Source of the DNA: Selaginella moellendorffii
Taxonomy: Eukaryota > Plantae > Lycopodiophyta
Reading direction: 5' to 3'
Assembly (NCBI RefSeq): GCF_000143415.4
Contig: NW_003314276.1
Coordinates: forward strand, 1,724,107 to 1,788,106
Length of the DNA: 64,000 nt
Shown piece after piece: positions 25,864 to 37,659 of the stretch. How positions within the stretch are numbered: position 1 is the stretch's first letter; each line of letters opens with the position of its first letter. The position numbers and the translations under genes were made by a program. The notes below the pieces were generated by a model. It worked only from the letters and a program-made list of their open reading frames with translations, was not told the DNA's origin and did not search any database.

Positions 25864-28800
25864 TGGATCTTGAGCACTTGCATCATCCTCTTCACCGTAG
25901 TGCTATGCCGATTCGTGACGGTCTACTGGTGGTGCCCCAGGGCAATCGCGGCACAGCTGAAGAAGGAGGGCATTCAGGGGCCTCCACCTGGACTCATGGT
26001 AGGCCAAATAGCTGAAATCCAGAACATGAGGAGTGCCATCAAGGATCACAACATGGAATTTCAGCCACGACAATTTCCATTTCCAACATCCTGTGTTGAT
26101 CAAATGGCGGAAGCAATATGGTATGTTCTTGTCATCCCTGATGAATCTCAAAGCTTTGTTCCTGATGATCATGGTCTAGGGAAGAGATTTGTGTTCTGGT
26201 GGGGAACTGAGCCAAGGATATGTAGAGACAAGTGATGACAACTCTCCACATCAGCAAAGAAGACAAGTCATTCATCCAAGACACCAACCGCCAAGCGTCA
26301 CACCCATACTGTTATGTACATAACCATACCAAAGCAATGAAGTCGACAAAGCATTCCGCACAAAAAACACATATCTACATGGTATCAGGTTTGTTTCAAT
26401 CCTGATGGCAAAACATTGGCAAACACAACAATGCGACGAGCAGGACTGCTCTAGGGCTCTCGCAGTCCTTGCTAGGGTGGAACGACAGATTCAAGAACGC
26501 AAGTGAGCACAACATGATGTCCATCTGTGCCTCTGCCCTAATTGTCACTCTGTGTGCATGGCGTCTGGGTGTCCCTTCCAGCAATTCCCACTGCCTCCTC
26601 CCCCCCCCCCCCTCGCCTCTAGCTTACTCCGCTGTTTTGTCCTTTCTTCTAGAAACTAATGGCTACTAGTACTCCACCTCACACTACATCTAGAACCACC
26701 CTAGCTAGCACCATGGCCACCCCGGCTGGCAACTAGGATGTAGGATGGGAGAAGCTACTCCAGAATTTCACGAGTGAGAACTTCATGACTTGGAAGACCA
26801 AAGTCCAATTAATCTTAATGGTAAAAGATTGTTGGGATTTGGCCTTGCAGGCTACTTGGGACTCCAAGAACCGCAAAGCACTTTCCATGATTGGATTGGG
26901 TCTTGGAGATGAATTTATTTATCTCTTTAATCTATAAACATCTGCCAAGGCCAATTGGGACTCAATCTTTGCAGCTAAAGCCGTTAATGTTAAATTGGTT
27001 CTGACCCAGAAATTTTTCTCCCTATGCATGCAGCCTGGTGAGACAATGGCAGCATACATCGGGAAGCTCAAGGGCTTAATGCAACAGTTGAAGGAAATAG
27101 GTGTTGTAGTTTCTGCTAACTATGCAAAAGCCTTTCTACTCTACTCTGTATCCCCAGAGTTGCAATAATCGTCCTCCATGCTCTCTTTTGTCCTAGGCAA
27201 AACCATGGAGGAGCTCTACTCTGATCTACTTGAGGAAGAATGCAAGATTACTGAGCGTCAAGCTGGCCATCAAAAATCCCCTCAGACTGCTTGCAAGTAG
27301 GCCTTGTTTCTTGGTAAGAAATAATCAAGTGGGGAGCAGAGGAAAGGAGGCACTAGCCATGGGCCTCGTATTTCTTCCATTACAACTCCCAACTCTGGAT
27401 CTAACTTCTCCAAGAAGAAAAGGGTCCTTGCAACTATTGTGGAAAGACGGGGCATGTCAAGCATGAGTGTCGTGCAAAGAAGGCTACCACCCAGCGCATG
27501 CTCGTTGTTGATGATGGCTCTTTACCCGTCACCGGTGTCTACTCTTGAAGTTCTATCTCCTTTCATATGACTCCTTTAAGGTTTGCATTTCACACTTACA
27601 AGGGTCTTCAAGCTCCACAATAGGTTTATGTTGGCAACAAGCGACCACTCCAAGTGGAAGGTTGTGGCATGGCAGTGATCAGGCTACCCAATGGACCTCT
27701 TAAGGAGGTTCATCACATGCACTTTGTACCTGAAGCAGGGCAGATGGTTCTTTTTATAGGTGCAACCTCAAATCAAGGCTTTACTACCACCTTCTTCCCA
27801 AAAGGGTCCACCATTTATGGTCGTGATGGTACTCTTGTAGCCAGTGGCATGAGGTATGAAACACTCTACTATTTAAATGCAAAATTGGTTTTTCCATCTC
27901 AAGTGCTTGCTTTCTGAGCACAAGACACTATTGAGCTCTGGCATGCTCGTATGGGGCATGTCAATGAATGAGATCTACACACCTTATCTCATAACCAGCA
28001 TGCTAAAGGCATCATGCTCCCAACTAGCCATCTGGGCATGTGTGAAATTTGCCATCTTGGGAAGCAAGTTCACCTTCCTTTTCCATCAAGAACCATGGAG
28101 GACCAAGCTACAAGCTTATTGGATCTAGTTCACAGTGACGTGTGTTACTTGCCCATGGAAACACTTAGCCATAAGAGTTACTTTGTGTCTTTTATCGATG
28201 ACCATTCCAGATATGCTGTGGTGAGCCTTCTCCACGCCAAAAGCGAAGTGTTCAATCACTTTAAGCTTTTTAAGAGCTGGGCAGAGACATTTACTGGCCG
28301 AAAGATTCGTGTGTTACACACAGATGGTGGTGGAGAGTACCTGAATAGAGAGTTTCTCAACTTTTTGGCTGAGGCTGGCATTGTTCACCAGTACATGACA
28401 GCCCATACTCCCCAATAAAATGGCATGGCAAAGCGCCTCAATCGCACTCTACTAGAGACTGTTTGTTGCCTTCTCCAGCATGCAGGCATACCCAACTCTT
28501 TTGGGGTGAAGCAATTAACATGGCTATTTACATCTGTAACCGCCTTCCCACCAGGAGTACTGGTGTGGTTCTTTATCAAGCTTGGACTAGGAAGCGTCCT
28601 CAGTTAGGGCACTTGAGGGTTTTCAGCTGCACAATGTATGCTCACATTCCAGATGCGACTTGATAGAAGTTGGATCTTAGGAGCTAGAAGACCATCTTTG
28701 TGGGCTATCATGCTCATTTTAAGGCCTACCGCCTCTATAATCTTGCTCTCAAAAAGCTCATGGTCAGCCAAGATGTCTCTTTCAATGAGCAAGAGCTTTA

Positions 28801-31800
28801 TTTCCACATTCGAGTCCAGAGGCTGCTCATTCCAGGAGGAGGAACACCTTCTCCACTTGGTGGTGGCATGCCTTCTCCACAACTTCACTGCTACTAGTTC
28901 CTCTGGTCACTTTGGTGGTTACTAGTAGTGACACTACTTCATCCAGTGAGCAGAATCTTGTTGCTACTGTGGACGAGCTGTTCGTTGGTGAAGAAATGGT
29001 TGGAGGATCTTCCCGTTCACCTCCTCCAAATCCTCTCATGACACCGCCACCTCATCAAGAGATTGGAGTTGTTACCTGTTCAGGACATGTGACAAGCTAA
29101 CGATCAGAGCTCTTGAATCTCTTTCTCAAGCTCCACACAAGAAGGGATTCTATTGGGCCATGAGCTCCATTGCTGAACCTCATGGCTACCAGGCTGCTCT
29201 CTCCAATCCTGATGCCTCACAATGGCAAGCAGCCATGCAAGATGAGTATGACTCACTGATCAAGAATGGAATCTGGACATTGGTTCCCCTCCCTCCTGGC
29301 AGGAAGGCAGTCACAGCCAAGTGGCTGTTCAAGAAGAAATATCGAGCTGATGGCAGCATCGAGTGCTACAAGGCACACTTTGTAGCTCGTGGTTTCTCTT
29401 AGATCCTAGAAGTTGATTACTTTGAAACTTATAGCCCTGTTGTAAAGATAACAACAATTCATCTTTTGATGAGCCTTGTAGCTGAGCTCGACCTAGAGCT
29501 CCATCAACTTGATGTGAGAACTACTTTCCTGAATGGTCATCTTGAGGAGGAGGTGTACGTTGCCTTGGGTTTATATGTCCCGGACAGGAGCATCTCGTCT
29601 GCCGCTTGCACAAGGCTCTCTACGGGCTGAAACAAAGCCCTAGGTCATGGTACACTAAAATTAACAGCTTTCTAACCTCATTGGGCATGACTGATAATAA
29701 TCTTTACATATCCAAGGATTTCTATTCTTAGCCTTATATGTGGATGATACAATATTAGCCTCCAACTAGATGCGACTCATCCACTACATCAAGGCCTCTC
29801 TCGCTGCTAAATTCGAGATGACTGATTTGGGAAACTTGCACTACTGTCTAAGAATTCAAGTCTGCTGGGATAGGCAATGTGGAGTACTTGAGCTTTCCCA
29901 GAAGAAATACATCCATGACATTCTCCAGAGGTACTCTATGCTTAATGCTACTCCTATGGAAGTAGGCTCAAAGTTGTCCAAGGCTTTTACCTCAGATGAC
30001 ACTCTCGAGGAGGAGACCACAACACTGTACTGTTCAGTGGTCGAGGCCTTATCTATTGATGGTCTCAACTAGGCTTGACCTCGCATTCAGTGTGGGAGCA
30101 GTCTCAAAGTTCTTGGACAATCCATCACCCTCATATTGGGCCGCTGTGAAGCGGATCATGAGGTATATGAGTGGCATAAGGAAATTCACACTAAAATATG
30201 CAAGAGGAGATGGAGACAACGGCCTGGTGGGATTTACAGACACAGACTGGGCAGGAGATCTAGATGACAAAAGATCCACCTCAGGGTATGTCTTCATGTA
30301 TAACCATAACATGGTTAGTTGGTGTTCCAGGAGGCAGCAGTTCACTGCAATATCCTCATGTGAATCTGAATACATTGCAGTTGCAGCAGCAGCGAAAGAG
30401 GCCATCGGGCTTAAGATGTTACTGCAGGACCTCGGGATTCAAATTCCAGCAGTCAAACTCTACTGCGACAATATGTCGGCAATAGCATTGACTCGGGATG
30501 CAAGATTTCACTCACGCACCAAGCACATTGAGTTAAGGTTCCATTTCATCTGGGATCAAGTCAATAATGGAACAATCAACCTGGAATTCTGTCCAACCAG
30601 CTCAATGGTCGCTGATATCCTGATGAAGTCCTTGCCTCGAGTGAAGCATGAACTCTTCCTCAAATCACTCCATTTGACTAATGGTGTGAGCCTTGAGGAG
30701 GAGTGTGGAGACAAGTGATGACAAGTCTCCATGTCAACAAAGAAGACAAGTCATTCATCCAAGACACCAATTGCCAAGCGTCACACCCATACCGTTATGT
30801 ACATAACCATACCAAAGCAATGAAGTCGACAAAGCATTCTACACACAAAAACACACATCTACAGGATACTGGTCTTGGAGCCTGAGATCGTAAGGGAGGT
30901 TTTGTCTAAAAAGTTTTCTCAGTTTGATAAATCGGAGGTCAGGCTGCGGTTGGCAAACTTGTTCCTTGGTGGTGGATTAGTTTCTGTTACTGGAGAGGAG
31001 TGGAGTCATCACCGCCGACTCGTAGCACCAGCATTCTTTCATGAACGTATTAAAGTGGGTATTCATATTATTATCTTCTCATGGAATCTGGCTGATAAGT
31101 GTTTCTGATTCTCCTGTAAACAGCAAATGACCAGTACAATCGTAGGGTGCGCATCTCACATGCTTGATCAATGTGAAGCTACGATGCAGCAGAATCCCGA
31201 GATTGAATCTCTGGAGAGGTGCGTAAGCTCACAGGAGACGTTATCTCCCATACAGCATTTGGAACTAGCTATCTCAAAGGCCAGAGAGTTTTCGAGATAT
31301 TGTCTAAGAAAATCCCAGAGCTAGTGCCAAAACTCGTCAGCTTTTCCTGGATTCCAGGCTTCAGGGATGCTGGATCATCTATTGAACTGAATCATAATCA
31401 CTTGCTTACAGGTTTCTCCCACTTCCAATCAACCTCCAACTGTGGAAGCTTCATCAGGAGTTGGATTCTCTGATCACTGGGATCATAGACGAGCATTGGA
31501 ACTCAGTGAGTCAAGGGGGAGCAATACATACGGGAATGACTTACTCGGACTGATGCTAAAGGAGTGTGACAGCAGCAGTAATTTCACAAGCAGGGATCTG
31601 ATAGAGGAATGCAAGACATTCTACATTGCGGGGCATGAAACCACAGCGACCTTACTAACCTGGACTTTGATGCTACTGGGAGGCTATCCTGAATGGCAAG
31701 AATGCGCCCGTGCTGAGGTATACGAAGTATGTGGCAATGAGATTCCTGATGGCGAGAGTGTCAGCAGGCTCAAGCTAATTCCAAAACTTAACTTCTTGAT

Positions 31801-32226
31801 GGTGGGAATGATCCTTTACGAAACTCTGCGCCTGTATCCACCAGTAGTCGAGATGACCAGGGAGTGTGTGGAGGAGTCTTGGCTGCAAGATTTACACGTT
31901 CCAAGAGGAGTATCTGTGTCGTTTCCAATCGTTGGATTGCATCAGGATAAGGAGCTCTGGGGAGAAGATGCAGGCCAATTCAATCCGGATCGCTTCAAAG
32001 ATGGGATCTCAAGCGCGTGCAAGCATCCCAATGCTTTCATGCCGTTTTCGTTTGGGCTGCGGCTGTGCGTGGGCCAGTCGTTTGCGATGATCGAAGCCAA
32101 AGTCATTCTGGCTATGATACTACAGCAATTCTTGTTCCGGCTTTCACCAAACTACCGCCATAGTCCTGCAATGAAGTTTGGCTTGAAGCCTATCCATGGA
32201 GTGCCGCTTGTACTCGGTAAATGTGA
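25864..32226 (+). pseudogene. Cytochrome P450, CYP72 clan, copy 2 (disrupted by Ty1/copia)
   Basis: Exon 1 and the start of exon 2 at ~25864-26220; the remainder at 30869-32226. Several frameshifts, a TGA in exon 3 (TGG to TGTGAA region shifted), intron-3 donor GT to GG, and heme loop GPRVC changed to GLRLC. Confidence 0.92.
26221..30863 (+). mobile_element. Full-length Ty1/copia LTR retrotransposon (degenerate ORF)
   Basis: LTRs 26221-26379 and 30704-30863 (TGT...ACA). TSD GGATA (26216-26220 and 30864-30868). PBS TGGTATCAG at 26380. PPT GAGGAGGAG at 30695-30703. Copia domain order: gag knuckle CNYCGKTGHVKHEC, LWHARMGH, integrase LVHSDVC/TDGGGEY, RT YVDD, RNase H DTDWAG/KHI. Confidence 0.97.
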
Positions 32227-33663
32227 TGCATGTTCATGGCATTGGAAGTCGAGGTCTTACCTTCATTGCTCTTGGTAAGTCTTTTCTTGCTTATAGACAC
32301 TAGTCATTCGTACGAAGCATCACAGGATACAGCTGAATGAAACGGAGAGAGCTTCAAGGCTGTATCATGGCTTGCGAATGAAGATGAACCAATTCCACAA
32401 AACGTGTGAGGCCATGAAACAATGTCCAGTGGAATGAATCACTGTTGATATGGTAAGGTTTTCTTATGTTGACACTGGGTATCTTTTCAAGTGGAAGGAG
32501 CTCTGGTATGGGAATATGTGAAGCATATTCTGTAGTATATGGAATGCCCTAGAGGAATGGAAGTGAAAAGTTTAAATTTTAGGTGATTGGATGTATAGAT
32601 TTTGGAACAAAAATTCTAGTGGATTGAGATGATTCTTGTTATAGAGGAGGCATTATCTATCCAATGAATCTTAGATGCTCTCTGATGGCATTTTCAAGGA
32701 AAGTTAACAGTAAATAATGGAAAGGTTATTGTGAAAATTTGGTATTGTGAATGTGATTATGGGTATTAAAAGTTATATGTTAGTGAGTTCTTTTGAATAT
32801 TTTTTCTTTAGTGTCACAACCAAAAGAAGTTTATATTGCTAAATCCTTTGTCAATCTTTCTTGTGCTAGTGGAGTTAATTAAACATTTTGAGTGTATTCA
32901 AAACGAACTAATATAAAGATGGAATTCCTACGTGTTATTAGTTAAGTATATTTAACCTGGTAAGGAATTCTTGTCTCATTACATTGATTAATGACAAAAA
33001 CCCTTGCATATTGAGATTAAACAATAGCTTTTTATATCTGCCAAACACCTTCATTATCATGCCCTAATCTCATTAGCTATTTATGGAAAGTGATTAAATC
33101 TTCAAGTTATCTTGAACATGATAGTGTTATTCCAAATTCACAATTTAACAGTCAAAGGCAAGGATAGTGGGATTTATATCTTCTGTTGATGTCTAAACTT
33201 AAGTGGTGTAATCCAATGAGATAATCCTATCATTCCATATTTAATAAATTTTTATGATTGCTCTATAAACTAACTCTTGGGGACTAAGGTGAAAGTTATT
33301 ATTTTTATTGACATAAAAGGCACAACTCTATGTTTTAATTGGCAAACCAAAACTAAAACTACAAAACATTTGCATAAAAAAGCTATTTATGGAAAGTTGT
33401 TGATTAGGGTCTTAGGAGGAAGATGGGTTGATCTTGTGCTTGATCGCCTCGCCCCTTCCAGGATGCTTGACACCAAACCATCAAGAAGCCCACGAGTGCA
33501 CTTAGTGGTGGATGAAAAGATGCAAAAACCTCTCTTGGGGCTCCATCACGATGTTCTAAACGTTTTTGAGGTAGCGGATGATTTATCAACCAGTTTGGTT
33601 TAAGAACTCAGAGTTGTTCAACAAGAATTAACTTTTTAAAACTTCTAATGCCACGAACATGCA

Positions 33664-35406
33664 TCACATTTTACTGAGTACAAGCGGCACTCCATGCATA
33701 GGCTTCAAGCCAAACTTTATCACAGGATTATGGCGGTAGTTCGGTGAAAGCCGGAACAAGAATCGCTGTAGTATCATAGCCAGAATGACTTTGGCTTCAA
33801 TCATCGCAAACGCCTGGCCCACACACACCCGCGGCCCAAACGAAAACGGCATGAAAGCATTGGGATGCTTGCACGCGCTTGAGATCCCATCTTTGAAGCG
33901 ATCCGGATTGAATTGGCCTGCATCTTCTCCCCAGAGCTCCTTATCCTGATGCAATCCAACGATTGGAAATGACACAGATACTCCTTTTGGAACGTGTAAA
34001 TCTTGCAGCCAAGACTCCTCCACACACTCCCTGGTCATCTCGATGGCTGGTGGATACAGCCGCAGAGTTTCGTAAAGGATCATTCCCACCTGTTCAAGAA
34101 TCAAGAAGTTAAGTTTTGGAGATATTGATCGACTTACGAGCTTGAGCCTGCTGACACTCTCACCATCAGGAACCTCATTGCCACATACTTCGTGTACCTC
34201 AGCACGGGCGCGTTCTTGCCATTCAGGATAGCCTCCCAGTAGCATCAAAGTCCAGGTTAGTAAGGTGGCTGTGGTCTCATGCCCTGCAATGTAGAATGTC
34301 TTGCATTCCTCTATCAGATCCCTGCTTGTGAAATTACTGCTGCTGTCACACTCCTTTAGCATCAATCCGAGTAGGTCATTCCTGTATGTATTACTCCTCC
34401 CTGACTTCACTGAGTTCCGACGCTCGTCTATGATCCCAGTGATCAGAGAATCCAACTCCTGATGAAGCTTCCACAGTCGGAGGTTGATTGGAAGTGGGAG
34501 AAACCTGTAAGCAAGTGATTATGATTCAGTTCAATAGATGATCCAGCATACCTGAAGCCTGGAATCCAGGAAAAGCTGACGAGTTTGGGCAGTAGCTCTG
34601 GGATTTTCATAGACAATATCTCGAAAACCCTCTGCCCTTTGAGATAGCTAGTTCCAAATGCTGTATGGGAGATAACGTCTCCTGTGAGCTTACGCACCTC
34701 TCCAGAGATTTCAATCTCGGGATTCTGCTGCCTCGTAGCTTCCCATTGATCAAGCATGCGAGATGCGCACCCTGCGATTGTACCGGTCATTTGCTGTGTA
34801 CAGGAGAATCAGCAAGACATCATGAGAAGATAATAGTATGAATACCCACTTTAATACGTTCATGAAAAAATGCTGGTGCAACGAGTCGGCGGTGATGACT
34901 CCATTCCTCTCCAGTAACAGAAACCAATCCACGACCAAGGAACAAGTTCGTGAACCGCAGCCTGGCCTCCGATTTATCAAATTGAGAAAACTTCTTAGAC
35001 AAAACCTCCCTTACGATCTCAGGCTCTGAGACCGATATCCTTGGTTCAGTTCCCCACCAGAACACAAATCTCTTCCCTGGACCATGATCATCAGAAACGA
35101 AGCTTTGAGATTCATCAGGGATGACAAGAACATACCATATTGCTTCCGCCATTTGAGCAACGCAGGATGTACCCGATGGAAGATGTCGTGGCTGAAACTT
35201 TCCATGTCGTGATCCTTGATGGCGCTCCTCATGTTCTGGATTTCAGCTATTTGGCCTACCATGAGTCGGGGTGGAGGCCCCTGAATGCCCTCCTTCTTCA
35301 GCTGCGCCGCGATCGCTCTGGGGCGCCACCAGTAGACCGTCACGAATCGCCATAGCACTGCAGTTAAGAGGACGATGCAAATGCTCAAGATCCACCTCCC
35401 TTCCAT
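33664..35406 (-). CDS. Cytochrome P450, CYP72 clan, copy 3 (intact, 510 aa)
   Basis: Exons 35406-35136, 35076-34850, 34793-34552, 34504-34138, 34089-33664 sum to 1533 nt with GT-AG introns of 59, 56, 47 and 48 nt. N-terminal TM anchor, GIQGPPP hinge, AGHETT, ETLRLYPP, PDRF and FSFGPRVCVG. Confidence 0.93.
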
Positions 35407-37659
35407 TTGCTGGACTAAGGGTAAAATGTGTGGGAGATGTGCCAGGTGGGCGAGTGCATTTAAGCCAAGCAGATGGAGTGTTGTACACGTAAGGATCATC
35501 CCTAAGAAGCTACTTGGAACATCTAGCGTAGCACGGTCTGTGTGTGGTTACTCACTCTTCCATGATATACGTCAAATTTAAACTAGAGTTTTAAATAGTT
35601 TATAAATATTGATAAGATTATTCTAAATCCAAGCCATCAATCAGCATTATGGAATAGATTAGCAATTGCCCAGCAAATGCTGGGTGGCTGGCAAATTTCA
35701 TGCCATTTCAAGAGGTTTGCTGAGATTACCTATGTTTGCTGTTTAATCAACATTAATCTAGCAAACAACAAAACTTAGACATAGGACTAGCACACCTTTT
35801 CTAGGCCATGGTGAGTATTGAAAAAGCCTCCCATGCTTTCCATTGTGTCTTGACTACCACTTACACTGCAAAAGCACAAATGAGCCTAGTTTGTCAATCA
35901 ACAATCTGAGCTAATCGCTCTTGTCTACTGGAACACTCTGAAAGTAGAGAATGAGCTCTCGAGTTTCTAAATAGGGCAGAGGGTGGTTGTGTAATAGACT
36001 ATGCAAGCTACTTCAAGGGCCTGGCCATTGGAGAAGAAGGCAAGGAGCTCAATGGGAAGCTTGTCAAAGTTTTGGAGAATATAATGATGCTTGGGCTGTG
36101 AGAGGTGGATGGGGTTTGCAAGCTATGGCTTCGAGAACTCACATTGGGTTTGTTCTCTCATGCAGAAGAATAGGGACTGTTAACTCTTTGATGGTTTTGG
36201 CCACGTTGAAGGCTAGCTCTGGCTCCAGTTCTGCTGCTCGATGGCATCCACAAACCCAAACAAACACATCTCAAATGTCTATAGCACACAAAAGGCTAGA
36301 TTGCTATGGTTTAGGGCCAAATTAGTGGCCATTGTTATTGATTTTATGGCTAGCCCATCAAGACACTAGCATTCTAGCTGCTGACACCTACAACTGGCAC
36401 AAAGTTTCTTCTTTTTGATTGTCACACTGAAACTACAAGAAAAAACACTCAACCTAACTAGTCTAGATCTTGGAAGCTCTGAATTAATTCTAGTGCTGGT
36501 CAACTAGAAGTAGAAGCATCAGGTTGTGATGCAGCAGCCATAGAAGTGTCAATTCCAAATGATTGTGGGCAATCCTAAACTTTATGTGGCATGAGCCCAG
36601 TGACAATTTTGGGCACAATCATCCTTTATCACCACTCAATGATGCTAAGAGTACATGTTATTGGGAATGGATCCAAGGTAGTGGGCAGATTTCTCTTGTC
36701 CTGGGTGCAATGTGATTCTTGGACCAACGCATGTCTTCTCTAATCCATGGCTTTCACCCACAACACCCAATGAGTTTCTTCTCTTCCAGCCAACATGCCC
36801 ATTATTGATTGGCCATCCAAATATCAATGTGATTTTTCCCACAACCATGGCTACCGACCTTGGTCTAGGCCTAGGTTCCAATGGCTTTAGCTAGTAAGAG
36901 TTGCTAGATAGGATTGTAAGGACAATGACAATGGATTTATCTCCAGTCAGCCAAACCCTCTTGAAGAAAACCATTAAACAAGATAAGGCACATGCAAAAG
37001 GAAATGGATAAGACCCTAGATATAAGATTTGCTGTTGTGTGAGATCATCTGGGCCGGAGAGATGTTGACTTCTGCTAGGGTATCTAGGGGGAGAGGTCCT
37101 TCATCTCCCCACCATTTGTATACCAACACGGGCACACACATTTGCATTGAGTTAGAGAATCTAGTGTCAATCCAGTATGCAAGGAAGTAAATCATTCTTC
37201 AATAGTCTAAGCAATCATGCTTAACACATACCACGAAGATCCCCATGCTCAAGTGGTGCAAGCTCCTAGGCCTCCATCTCTAGCACTGGGCATTGCTAGT
37301 CCATTGCTATCTATTGGGCCATAGGGAAAGTTAAAAATAAAAAAAGTTTATTGTAGTTTGTCTTTTATGTTTTAAGGTATAGTAGGAGAGGAGTTAGTTG
37401 ATATAAAGCTTCTTTGTATACAATATTGATATATAAGTGATTAAATTTTTCATTCTACTTTGAGGAGTCTCACTCATAACCTCCATAAATCTTATTCCAG
37501 ACTTAAGGCTCGCTAACCCTGAGAATGGCATCCATGCCACTTAACCTTTGCATTTGGTCTAAGTGCTCCACATATCTGATCCTATGACTAACACCCAAAG
37601 GTACCACTAATATATCAGCCTGTTAGGCAAAGGCTATGCTCATTCACCTTTGTCACACC

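Noticed and set aside
8207-35406. Biosynthetic gene cluster
   Set aside because: Only paralogous P450s are present, with no scaffold-forming or other tailoring enzymes in the window.
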